The notes beneath the pieces are model-generated. The model saw only the letters and a list, made by a program, of their open reading frames with translations, searched no databases and was not told the DNA's origin. Shown here in pieces: positions 26,654 through 39,400 of a DNA stretch of 64,000 bases (positions within the stretch are counted from its first letter, which is position 1; each line of letters opens with the position of its first letter). Origin of the DNA: Mytilus trossulus (lineage: Eukaryota); assembly GCF_036588685.1 (NCBI RefSeq), contig NC_086377.1, forward strand, positions 13,702,001 to 13,766,000, read 5' to 3'. The translations under genes and the position numbers were made by a program.

Positions 26654-27795
26654 CCGGCGTTTAACGTTTCCGCAAATTGGCATTACTTTTCCGGAAAAAA
26701 AAAGATGACGTTTCCGGAAAAAAAAGTTTACGTTTCCGCAAATATATATCTTACTTTTCAGGGAAAAAAGTAACTATTTCGCAAAAAATAATTATTACTT
26801 TTCCGCAAATAATTAAGGAATAAATTATACCTGTTGATCGAAAGCAAAGTCATAATAAAAAAATCAATATTTATTAAGTTAAAGGTCATCAAAACATGCA
26901 AGTAAAGTTCATGAAAATGTCGTACAAAGTCCACAGTAGTATATTCACCGTTTACAAGTTTTGTATTTTGTTCAAGAAGGAAGTCCATCTTCTCCTTTTC
27001 ATATTTCCGAACGGGGGCTTTAACAGTTAGAATTCTCATGTTTATGTAACATGTGTAAGATGTTGTTTGCAGATTCAATAACACATCGACAAAAAAACAT
27101 AGACAAAAATGTAAAGATGGAAAGCGTCACTCGTGCTCGTTCTGTGAGGCATGAAAAGACTCGGCACCATTCGTTGTTCTCTTTTGCATGATCGGGGTCA
27201 GGAGGTGATGCCCAAATGGTTGGTGGAAATCCGAGTCGAATTACTATCTATATAAAATTCCATCACTCATATAATCTACCAATTAATTTCATTTATTTCT
27301 CGTCAGATGAAGAATCGGCTATCAATTCAACAAATATAACAAAAAGAAGATGTGGTATGATTGCCAATGAGACAACTATCCACAAAAGACCAAAATGAAA
27401 TAGATATTAATAACTATAGGTCACCGTACGGCCTTCAACATTGAGCACTGAAGCCCATACCGCAGAGTCAGCTATAAAAGCCGATGATATGCTTTAATCA
27501 TGTCAGTTGGCAAGTAAGACACACCAAAGAAATGTGTTCGCCATTCACCAAAGTCCTTACCAGAGTCAACTAGTTATATCTAATATATTGAAGATATAAG
27601 ATCATAATCTTTTCTTTATTTAACAATTAAAATGAAATACTTATCTAATATAATTATATTCAAATATTTATAATTTACTAGGTAAATTTCCGGAAAAGTA
27701 ATTAATACAAATTGCGGAAACGTATACTTTAAATTTGCGGAAACGTAGTATTGGGACTATGAAAAATTAGCGGAAATGCAATACGCTCAGTCCGG
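26654..27795. mobile_element. Non-autonomous TIR element with (tttccg[c/g]aaa)n subterminal repeats and a nested short repeat at ~27340-27481
   Basis: Forward motifs at 26665-26810 and inverted gcggaaa motifs at 27685-27780; ccgg at both ends. Confidence 0.6.
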
Positions 27796-30365
27796 CACGT
27801 ATGCCAACAGTATGTAACCATCGAATGTCGATAAACTTTGTATACCAAAAGAAAAAAAAGAAGAAGAGAACCACTTTGATTTATATACAGGTCGCTATAT
27901 AACTTGCTTTGGTTCGTCGAAGTTATGGACATAGTATTAAAATCACAGATTTATACATCAATTAGATTGTTCTCGAATGATGGAAGAAATTCGTCATCAT
28001 CACAATTGTTCCGACATGCATGTAATATATATGCAACTGATCGTACACTAGTAATAATCCCCAAGGGATGTGAATATTTTCCAAGAAAACTATTGAGAAT
28101 CAAAGTTTTAAATCAATTTCGGGATTTATTTTCTTTCTTGATATTCAACGACAACAATTTAAAGAATAAACTGCCTTTCCGCTTTAGGGGTTTCCTTGCT
28201 GGTTAAAACAGACTTATAATTACATTCAAAAATAGGGAAAGATGAAATTAAATTCGATCTGTCTATTGTTTTTAAAATTGTTGGTAAAATAGCTAAAGTA
28301 TTATACGTTGTGAGACGAAGACTATTTTAATAAGGACAGTCTCGCGATCGATTATGTATAGATTTTGTTAATGTTTTTCAAAGAATGTCTGTTCGTAATT
28401 TTTCGATTCATTTTCAAGGAGATCCAGTACGTTAAAGTATGATGTCATTCGTCTATGTACTAGTTAACATTTTATCTCATCGGAGTCACCCGATGATTGC
28501 CAATTGAGTATAATGTATTCTTAGCAGGAAACTGTTGGTGTTACTCAAGTTATCTCTAACTTTATCAAAATATTGAACCCTTTTCATGATTTTGGGCCTA
28601 TTGTAAGAATTTTCTCATTAGATTCCAAACAAAAATAAAAGTTTAAATAATTAGAGGGTGTTCATAGACCTCAAATATGCCCGCATGTTAATTTGCATGA
28701 GTCACATACAAATTTTGTTGGTGCTGTGATTATAGTGGGTCATTATAAGCATTGTGCATTAGAAACATAAACACAAGGACAGATCTATCTATTTTCCTTT
28801 TACAAATCGGCCTAACTCCTGCTTAATAATTGGTTGCTGCGTACAAGCATTAAAAAATTAGCGAGTTAGAGATTTAATATTTTAATTACGAGGCAAACTA
28901 AAGTTAAAGAACGAACACGGAAAATTCAGCTACTTTTATGTAAACACAGAGGCATAACTCTAGAACAGTTGAAGAGACGATCCCTAATCATGAATTTGAA
29001 CTGTGTTTTGCGAAAATTGCATTATGTATATTAAGTTTGATATATTCCTTCTTTTCAATTTCGATACCATTGATTGATATTTTGATCTCTTTATTTTTTT
29101 TTTCTTTTTTGAGTTTTTTCTAAACAAATCTGCACTCTTTGTTTTCTCCTATTTTTTTTTCTTTTCTTTATAATAGCAATTTGCCTTTCCTTGGGTATGT
29201 CTTTAAGTTTTCCATTTTTTATTTTTATCAGTACTAAAGTTTTCTTTTTCTTTCGTCGTTATTTCTGTACGATGATATTAAACAAAATAATATAAAAACT
29301 TGCTTTGATATTTTGACATTCACGACATATACAATCACATCTATAATTGGCCTAAAACTATAACAAACTTAAAACATGTGAAACAAAGTTACCACATATT
29401 TGGCCTTATTGCTATGTTAATTTAACTGTTCCTGGTAAGTAGTGGTGTTATGCATAAATTATCAAACTGTGCATAACATCTCCGCATGTGATTATGCTTT
29501 ATTCTTGACGAATAATTTTACTTGTTCATTACATTTTTCAACTGATTTTTATAGTTTGTTCTTACGTTGTACTGTTTGCCACTGTTTCAGGTTAGGGGAG
29601 GGTTGGTATCCCGCTAGAAAGTTAACTTTTAATCCCGCCACATTCTGTATGTATGTGCCTGTCCCAAGTTGGGAACCTGTAATTCAGTGGTTGTCGTTTG
29701 TTTATGCGTTACATTTTGTTTTTCGTTCATTTTGTGTACATAAAAGAGGGACGAAAGATACCAAAGGGACAGTCAAACTAATAAATCTAAAATAAACTGA
29801 CCATGCCATGGCTACAAATGAAAAATACAAATTACGCCGTTAGTTTTCACGTTTGAATTGTTTTACAATTGTCTTTCCGGCCATTTCATAGCTGCCTATG
29901 CGGTATGGGCGTTGCTTTATGTTGAAGGCTGAACAGTGACTTTATTTGCTAATTTCTTTTTCATTTTGGTCTCTTGTGGAGAGTTGTCTTATGGCAATCA
30001 TACCACATCTTCTTTTTTTGTTTGGAAATACAATATTGAATAAATCCATCTGAGGTTAGCTTTTGAGTAAAGTGGGATTTTATCTTGCCTTTAAAATAAT
30101 AATTAATTGGTACTTTGAATCTTTGCAAGATTTACATTGTACCTGTCCGTGTTCACTTGAACTTTATGCCCTTATGTCGTTATGTATCCGTGATGAACAT
30201 TAACTTTTTTTACGGAATTGGCTAGATTAGTGTCCGTCTTGAACCAGAATTAAGGTGACAGAAATATATTTTTGTATATAAAATATTAACATATTAACCT
30301 CGAAATCTTGTTTATAATTTGTCGTCATACTATTTCCAAAGTGTATGTTGTACATGTATGTGCAT

Positions 30366-30416
30366 GTATAGATAAGAAATGTAAATGACGTAATCAAACT
30401 ACATGCTGTTAAGATA
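30366..30416 (+). promoter_or_regulatory. Conserved proximal promoter/5' UTR block of lectin genes B and C
   Basis: B reads tatagataagaaatgtaaatgacgtaatcaaact...gttaagataATG. C (45582-45635) reads tatagatgagaaatataaacgtcgtaattaaact...gttaagagataATG. It includes a TATA-like element and, in B, a CRE-like TGACGTAA. Confidence 0.5.
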
Positions 30417-33400
30417 ATGACTTTGTCATTTAACGATATAGTTTTGGCTTGTTTTGTGTTTGGATGTTGCATTTATGTAAACCGTAAGTCTTTTATTTGA
30501 GAATTGAATGCTTCTTTTTGTAACCTTATTGGGGTGTAAAAGCGTTGACCGAAGTTCATTTTGGATGACGCGCAGAAGCGCTTCATTCTAAAAATGTACG
30601 CACGGTCAACGCTTTTGCAACCCTATGAAGTTACAAAAAGATGCATTCAATACTTATAATTACATTTTTCAGCTATGATCATGAAAACACGAGTATATTT
30701 TTTTTATTTAATTCACCTGTGCACTTTTTTGTGGAACCACGTCTTATCATGAATGATATGTTTTATATTGAGTGACGCAATTGCTTAAAGAATAACACGT
30801 GGTGTGCAGTTAGCCAATTAGAATAAAGTATTATAATGAAACATACATCTAATGTTATTATTAAAAAAAAAACAATATTATGTCCATATCTCCTTCATTT
30901 GTCCTTTTCCCTATTTAATATTGACCAAAATAGTTGACTTGTCACACGTGTTTTTTTTTATTGTCGTCAACGACATCACGGTTGGTTCAGCTTACAATTT
31001 TTAAGGAATCTGAATTTTGTTATGTTATTCAGTCTGTCGTTTTCTGTGTAGAATGTTCTTGTTGTTTTGTTATTATGTTGTAAGCTTTTCTTTGACATGC
31101 CATTTTAATGGTATCTTTGCCATTGTACACGAGTTTCAAAACTTTCTGGTTTCTGTATGCATTGATCTGTATTTTTAAATGTGTTTTTATTATCATTCAG
31201 GTTAAAAAATTATGGGTTTGCTCCGAGACTCTTATTGACAGCTTTCACATATCATTAGTAGGATTCATCCGTTACAAACTTTTCTTCGATATCTTTATAA
31301 TTTAAAAGTTACAGCTCTCTCATGACTTTTTAAATTTGTATACAAATTTGCTAATTTCATTATGATCTCATGCTGGAATGTACGATATTTTTTATTATAA
31401 CTCGTGCTTGGCGAAAACATTGTTAGAATGATCTCATATTTGGTCTCCTTTATTGGTTCTATCTTGTCATGTGGCTAGTTTCGAGGTATATAGAAATGAC
31501 AATGTGCACTATTTGCAGTTATCACCTCATTATTTCAGTATGTGGGCAGACTTGTTTGTCATGTACCGGAGTAGAAACCCGATCCGACTGTCAGCACGTA
31601 ACAACTTGTTCAAACGATGAGGTATGTATAATATGACGATGGTTAATTGTTGATTTAGCAATGACGATAGAGTATGGTGGTTGATATGGCAATGGTAATT
31701 AGGTATGGATAACATGTCAATGAAGATGAGGTATGAATGATATGTTAATGAAAATACGGGAATGAATGATACTATTAGTTACAAAGTGTGCTAGTGACCT
31801 AAAACGGTATATATGGGGTTAGTAAATTCCATATGGGTTTAGAGCGAATGTATAGGAGGTAAAATAAATGTCAATGACGAAGGATGTGAATATGTCTATG
31901 ACGATTATGTTTGGATAACTTGTCAAGACGAGTCGATACGGATGATATCTAATAGAGAATGATTGATATATCAATGACGATGAGGTATGGAAGATATGTA
32001 AGTAACGAAAGGTGTGAATGAAGATGAAGTATGAATGACATGTCAACGACGAGTCGATAAGATGATGTTTTGGTATAGATGAAATGTAAATGATTTTTTT
32101 GTATAGATGAAATGTAAATGATGTTTTGGTATAGATGAAATGTAAATGATGTTTTGGTATAGATGATATGTAAATGATGTTTTGGTATAGGTTATATGTC
32201 TATGATGTTTTGGTATATATGATATGTAAATGATGTTTTGGTATGGATGATATGTAAATGGTGTTTTGGTATAGGTGATACGTAAATGATGTTTTGGTAT
32301 AGATGTTATGTAAATGATAATTTGGTATAGATGATATATAAATGATGTTTTGGTAAAGGTGATACGTAAAAGATGTTTTACTATAGGTGATATGTAAATG
32401 ATTTTTTTGGTATAGATGATATGTAAATGATGCTTTGGTATCATAGATGATATGTAAATGATGTTTTTGTATAGATGATATGTAAATGATGTTTTGGTTT
32501 AGATGATATGTAAATGATGTTTTGGTATAGGTGATATGTATATAATGTTTTGGTATATATGATATGTAAATGATGTTTTGGTATATATGATATGTAAATG
32601 AAGTTTTGGTATAGATGATATGTAAATGATGTTTTGGTATAGGTGATACGTAAATGATGTTTTGGTATAGATGATATGTAAACGATGTTTTGGTATCATA
32701 TATGATATGTAAATGATGTTTTGGTATATATGATATGCAAATAATGTTTTGGTATATATGATATGTAAATGATGTTTTGGTATATATGATATGTAAATGA
32801 TGTTTTGGTATAGATGATATGTAAATGATGTTTTGGTATCATAGATGATGTGTAAATGATGTTTTTGTATCATAGATGATATGTAAATGATGTTTTGGTA
32901 TCATAGATGATATGTAAATGATGTTTTGGTATCACAGATAATATGTAAATGATGTTTTGGTATCATAGATGATATGTAAACGATGTTTTGGTATCATATA
33001 TGATATGTAAATGATGTTTTGGTATCATAGATGATATGTAAATGATGTTTTGGTATCATAGATGATATGTAAACGATGTTTTGGTATCATAAATGATATG
33101 TAAATGATGTTTTGGTATCATAGATGATATGTAAACGATGTTTGGTATCATAGATGATATGTAAACGATGTTTTGGTATCATATATGATAAGTAAACGAT
33201 GTTTTGGTATATATGATAAGTAAACGATGTTTTGGTATATATGATATGTAAACGATGTTTTGGTATATATGATATGTTAACGATGTTTTGGTATCATAGA
33301 TGATATGAAAACGATGTTTTGGTATCATAGATGATATGTAAATGATGTTTTGGTATCATAGATGATATGTAAATGATGTTTTGGTATCATAGATGATATG

Positions 33401-36400
33401 TAAACTATGTTTTGGTATCATAGATGATATGTAAATGATGTTTTGGTATAGATGATATGTTAACGATGTTTTGGTATCATAGATGATATGTAAATGATGT
33501 TTTGGTATAGATGATATGTAAATGATGTTTTGGTATAGATGATATGTAAATGATGTTTTGGTATCATAGATGATGTGTAAATGATGTTTTTGTATCATAG
33601 ATGATGTGTAAATGATGTTTTTGTATCATAGATGATATGTAAACGATGTTTTGGTATCAAAGATGATATGTAAACGATGTTTTGGTATATATGATATGTA
33701 AACGATGTTTTGGTATATATGATATGTAAACGATGTTTTGGTATCATAGATGATATGTTAACGATGTTTTGGTATCATAGATGATATGTAAATGATGTTT
33801 TGGTATCATAGATGATATGTAAATGATGTTTTGGTATCATAGATGATATGTAAACGATGTTTGGTACCATAGATGATATGTTAATGATGTTTTGGTATCA
33901 TAGATGATAAGTAAACGATGTTTTGGTATATATGATAAGTAAACGATGTTTTGGTATATATGATATGTAAACGATGTTTTGGTATAGGTGATACGTAAAT
34001 GATGTTTTGGTATAGATGATATGTAAACGATGTTTTGGTATCATATATGATATGTAAATGATGTTTTGGTATATATAATATGCAAATAATGTTTTGGTAT
34101 ATATGATATGTTAACGATGTTTTGGTATATATGATATGTAAACGATGTTTTGGTATCATAGATGATATGTAAATGATGTTTTGGTATCATAGATGATATG
34201 TAAACGATGTTTTGGTATATATGATATGTAAACGATGTTTTGGTATCATAGATGATATGTAAATGATGTTTTGATATATATAATATGTAAACGATGTTTT
34301 GGTATCATAGATGATATGTTAACGATGTTTTGGTATCATAGATGATAAGTAAACGATGTTTTGGTATATATGATAAGTAAACGATGTTTTGGTATATATG
34401 ATATGTAAACGATGTTTTGGTATATATGATATGTAAACATGTTTTGGTATCATAGATGATATGTAAACGATGTTTTGGTATCATAGATGATATGTAAATG
34501 ATGTTTTGGTATCATAGATGATATGTAAATGATGTTTTGGTATATATGATATGTAAACGATGTTTTGGTATCATAGATATATGTAAATGATGTTTTGGTA
34601 TAGATGATATGTAAACGATGTTTTGGTATCATAGATGATATGTAAATGATGTTTTGGTATAGATGATATGTAAATGATGTTTTGGTATCATAGATGATGT
34701 GTAAATGATGTTTTGGTATCATAGATGATGTGTAAATGATGTTTTTGTATCATAGATGATATGTAAACGATGTTTTGGTATATATGATATGTAAACGATG
34801 TTTTGGTATCATAGATGATATGTAAACGATGTTTTGGTATCATAGATGATATGTTAACGATGTTTTGGCATATATGATATGTAAACGATGTTTTGGTATC
34901 ATAGATGATATGTAAATGATGTTTTGGTATCATAGATGATATGTAAACGATGTTTTGGTATCATAGATGATATGTAAACGATGTTTTGGTATCATAGATG
35001 ATATGTAAATGATGTTTTGGTATATATGATATGTGAACGATGTTTTGGTATCATAGATGATATGTAAATGATGTTTTGGTATATATGATATGTAAACGAT
35101 GTTTTGGTATCATAGATGATATGTAAATGATGTTTTGGTATCATAGATGATATGTAAATGATGTGTTGGTTTATATGATATGTAAATGATTTTTTTGGTA
35201 TCATAGATGATATGTAAATGATGTTTTGGTATATATGATATGTAAACGATGTTTTGGTATCATAGATGATATGTAAATGATGTTTTGGTATCATAGATGA
35301 TATGTAAATGATGTTTTGGTATATATGATATGTAAACGATGTTTTGGTATCATAGATGATATGTAAACGATGTTTTGGTATCATAGATGATATGTAAATG
35401 ATGTTTTTTTCTATCATAGATGATATGTAAATGATGTTTTGGTATCATAGATGATATGTAAACGATGTTTTGGTATCATAGATGATATGTAAATGATGTT
35501 TTGGTATCATAGATGATATGTAAATGATGTTTTGGTATCATAGATGATATGTAAATGATGTTTTGGTATCATAGATGATATGTAAATGATGTTTTGGTGT
35601 TTTAGATGATATGTAAACGATGTTTTGGTATCATAGATGATATGTAAACGATGTTTTGGTATCATAGATGATATGTAAATGATGTTTTGGTATAGATGAT
35701 ATGTAAATGATTTTTTGGTATCATAGATGATATGTAAATGATGTTTTGGTATATATGATATGTAAATGATTTTTTGGTATCATAGATGATATGTAAATGA
35801 TGTTTTGGTATATATGATATGTAAACGATGTTTTGGTATCATAGATGATATGTAAATGATGTTTTGGTATCATAGATGATATGTAAATGATGTTTTGGTA
35901 TCATATATGATATGTAAGTGATGTTTTGGTATAGATGATATGTAAATGATGTTTTTGGTATCATAGATGATATGTAAATGATGTTTTGGTATATATGATA
36001 TGTAAACGATGTTTTGGTATCGTAGATGCTATGTAAATGATGTTTTGGTATAGATGATATGTAAATGATGTTTTGGTATAGATGATATGTAAATGATGTT
36101 TTAGTATAGATGATATGTAAATGGATGTTTTGGTATATATGATGTGTAAATGATGTTTTGGTATCATTGATGATATGTAAACGATGTTTTGGTATCATAG
36201 ATGATAAGTAAACGATGTTTTGGTATATATGATATGTAAATGATGTTTTGGTATAGATGATATGTAAATGATGTTTTGGTATATATGATATGTAAACGAT
36301 GTTTTGGTATCATAGATGATATGTAAATGATGTTTTGGTATAGATGATATGTAAATGATGTTTTGGTATAGATGATATGTAAATGATGTTTTGGTATAGA

Positions 36401-39400
36401 TGATATGTAAATGATGTTTTGGTATATATGATATGTAAATGATGTTTTGGTATCATAGATGATATGTAAACGATGTTTTGGTATCATAGATGATATGTAA
36501 ATGATGTTTTGGTATCATAGATGATATGTAAATGAATACGGATAATAGATCATATTTCAAAGAAGATGGTCAAGAGATGATACAGCAATGTCGAAGATAT
36601 ATTTGGAAGATATATCAATGACCATATGAATACTTGGTACAGACGATTTGTCAATGACAAAGGTGTATGGATCATATGTCAATTGGAATTGGTTATAGAT
36701 GTTTTTTCAAATAAAGATTGGATATCATCATAATCAATGGTATGTCATTTATGATGAGATATAGTTGATATGTCAACACAGATAGAGTATATTTCATATT
36801 TGCCAATGAGGAATGGTGTATGGATTATTTGCCAATGAGGATGGTGTATGGATTATTTGCCAATGAGGATGGTGTATGGATTATTTGCCAATGAGGATGA
36901 TGTACGGATTATTTGCCAATGAGGATGATGTATGGATTATTTGCCAATGATGGTGGTGTATGGCTTATTTGCCAATGAGGATGTTGTAGGGATTATTTGC
37001 CAATGAGGATGGTGTGTCGATTATTTGCCAATGAGGTTGGTGTATGGATTATTTGCCAATGAGGATGGTGTATGGATTATTTGTCAAGGAGGGTAGTGTA
37101 TGAATTATATGTCAATGGGGATGGTGTATGGATTATTTGCCAATGAGGATGGTGTATGGATTATTTGTCAATGATGATTGTGTATGAATAATATGTCAAT
37201 GAGAATGGTGTATGGATTATTTGCCAATGAGGATGGTGTATGGATTATTTGCCAATGAGGATGGTGTATGGATTATTTGCCAATGAGGATGATGTACGGA
37301 TTATTTGCCAATGAGGATGATGTATGGATTATTTGCCAATGATGGTGGTGTATGGCTTATTTGCCAATGAGGATGTTGTAGGGATTATTTGCCAATGAGG
37401 ATGGTGTGTGGATTATTTGCCAATGAGGTTGGTGTATGGATTATTTGCCAATGAGGATGGTGTATGGATTATTTGTCAAGGAGGGTAGTGTATGAATTAT
37501 ATGTCAATGGGGATGGTGTATGGATTATTTGCCAATGAGGATGGTGTATGGATTATTTGTCAATGAGGATTGTGTATGAATTATATGTCAATGAGAATTG
37601 TGTATGGATTATTTGCCAATGAGGATGGTGTATGGATTATTTGTCAATGAGGATGGTGTATGGATTATATGCCAATGAGGATGGTGTAAGGATTATTTGC
37701 CGATGAGGATGGTGTATGGATTATTTGTCAATGAGGATGGTGTATGAATTATTTGTCAATGAGGATGGTGTATGAATTATATGTCAATGAGGATGGTGTA
37801 TGAATTATATTTCAATGAGGATGGTGTATGGATTATTTGCCAATGAGGATGATGTACGGATTATTTGCCAATGAGGATGATGTATGGATTATTTGCCAAT
37901 GAGGATGGTGGATGGATTATTTGCCAATGAGGATGTTGTAGGGATTATTTGCCAATGAGGATGGTGAGTGGATTATTTGCCAATGAGGATGGTGTATGGA
38001 TTATTTGCCAATGAGGATGGTGTATGGATTATTTGTCAATGAGGATAGTGTATGAATTATATGTCAATGAGGATGGTGTATGGATTATTTGCCAATGAGG
38101 ATGGTGTATGGATTATTTGTCAATGAGGATGGTGAATGAATTATATGTCAATGAGAATGGTGTATGGATTATTTGCCAATGAGGATGGTGTATGGATTAT
38201 TTGTCAATGAGGATGGTGTATGGATTATATGCCAATGAGGATGGTGTAAGGATTATTTGCCGATGAGGATGGTGTATGGATTATTTGTCAATGAGGATGG
38301 TGTATGAATTATTTGTCAATGAGGATGGTGTATGAATATTATGCCAATGAGGATGATGTATGGATTATTTGCCAATGAGGATGGTGTATGGATTATTTGT
38401 CAATGAGGATGGTGTATGGATTATATGCCAATGAGGATGGTGTATGGATTATTTGCCGATGAGGATGGTGTATGGATTATTTGCCAATGAAGATGGAGTA
38501 TGGATTATTTGTCAATGAGGATGGTGTATGAATTATATGCCAATGAGGATGGTGTATGGATTATATGCCAATGAGGATGATGTAAGGATTATTTGCCGAT
38601 GAGGATGGTGTATGGATTATTTGCCAATGAGGATGGTGTATGGATTATTTGTCAATGAGGATGGTGTATGAATTATATGCCAATGAGGATGGTGTATGGA
38701 TAATATATTAATGGTGTAAGGATTATTTTTTCGATGAGGATGGTGTATGGATTATTTGCCAATGAGGATGGTGTATGGATTATTTGTCGATGAGGATGGT
38801 GTATGAATTATATGCCAATGAGAATGGTGTATGTATTTTTTGCCGATGAGGATGGTGTATGGATTATTTGCTGATGAGGATTGAGAATAGACGACTTGCA
38901 ATGGTGATAAGATTGCTCACAAAAGAAAAATATTTTTCTTTTTTTGATTAAAAACTTTTTTTTATTCAATAAGTTTGATTAAGGGGAGTGGGGGTTCAAT
39001 GCCAAACGTATCTTTCGTAAAACCTAAATTAACTTTGATTATTTTTTGAGGAAATAAAAACCTTATTCTAATATGCTGTACCCAAAAGGTTCTTGCAATG
39101 ATGGTAGTACAGGCTTATTCTCTTTTACAAACACAATCTATTTGTATTATTTTCTGGTATTTCATTTCACATATCTTGTACTGTACACGTTCTTTGCATG
39201 GGGCGAAAATCAGATGTAATTAGTCACTCAAACATGTAAATTATGCCAGTTATTTTGTTATAGAGATTTCCATTTCGATCGTTTAATTTTATCTATATAT
39301 CAATATGAAAATAAGGAGATGGGGTATAATTGTCAATGATGCAACTATCCAAAAAATAAAATGGACGTAGGCAATAACGCATTTCACATAGAGAACAAAA

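Noticed and set aside
28187-28195. NF-kB-like site GGGGTTTCC upstream of gene B
   Set aside because: A single 9-mer 2.2 kb from the ATG with no counterpart seen near gene C; expected by chance.
29291-29440. TATA + ATG + hydrophobic stretch + gtaagt as the leader exon of gene B
   Set aside because: The ATG is followed at once by TGA and the phase is wrong. The exon at 30417-30483 is open, in phase and homologous to gene C's leader.
32043-36487. Many minus-strand His/Ile/Tyr-rich ORFs ([22 protein letters not shown]...)
   Set aside because: They are translations of the 28/31-bp satellite in all three frames, with no splice or start context.
1-38880. CRISPR-like appearance of the 28-32-bp repeats
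   Set aside because: Monomers are head-to-tail with no unique spacers, there are no cas genes, and the context is eukaryotic introns.
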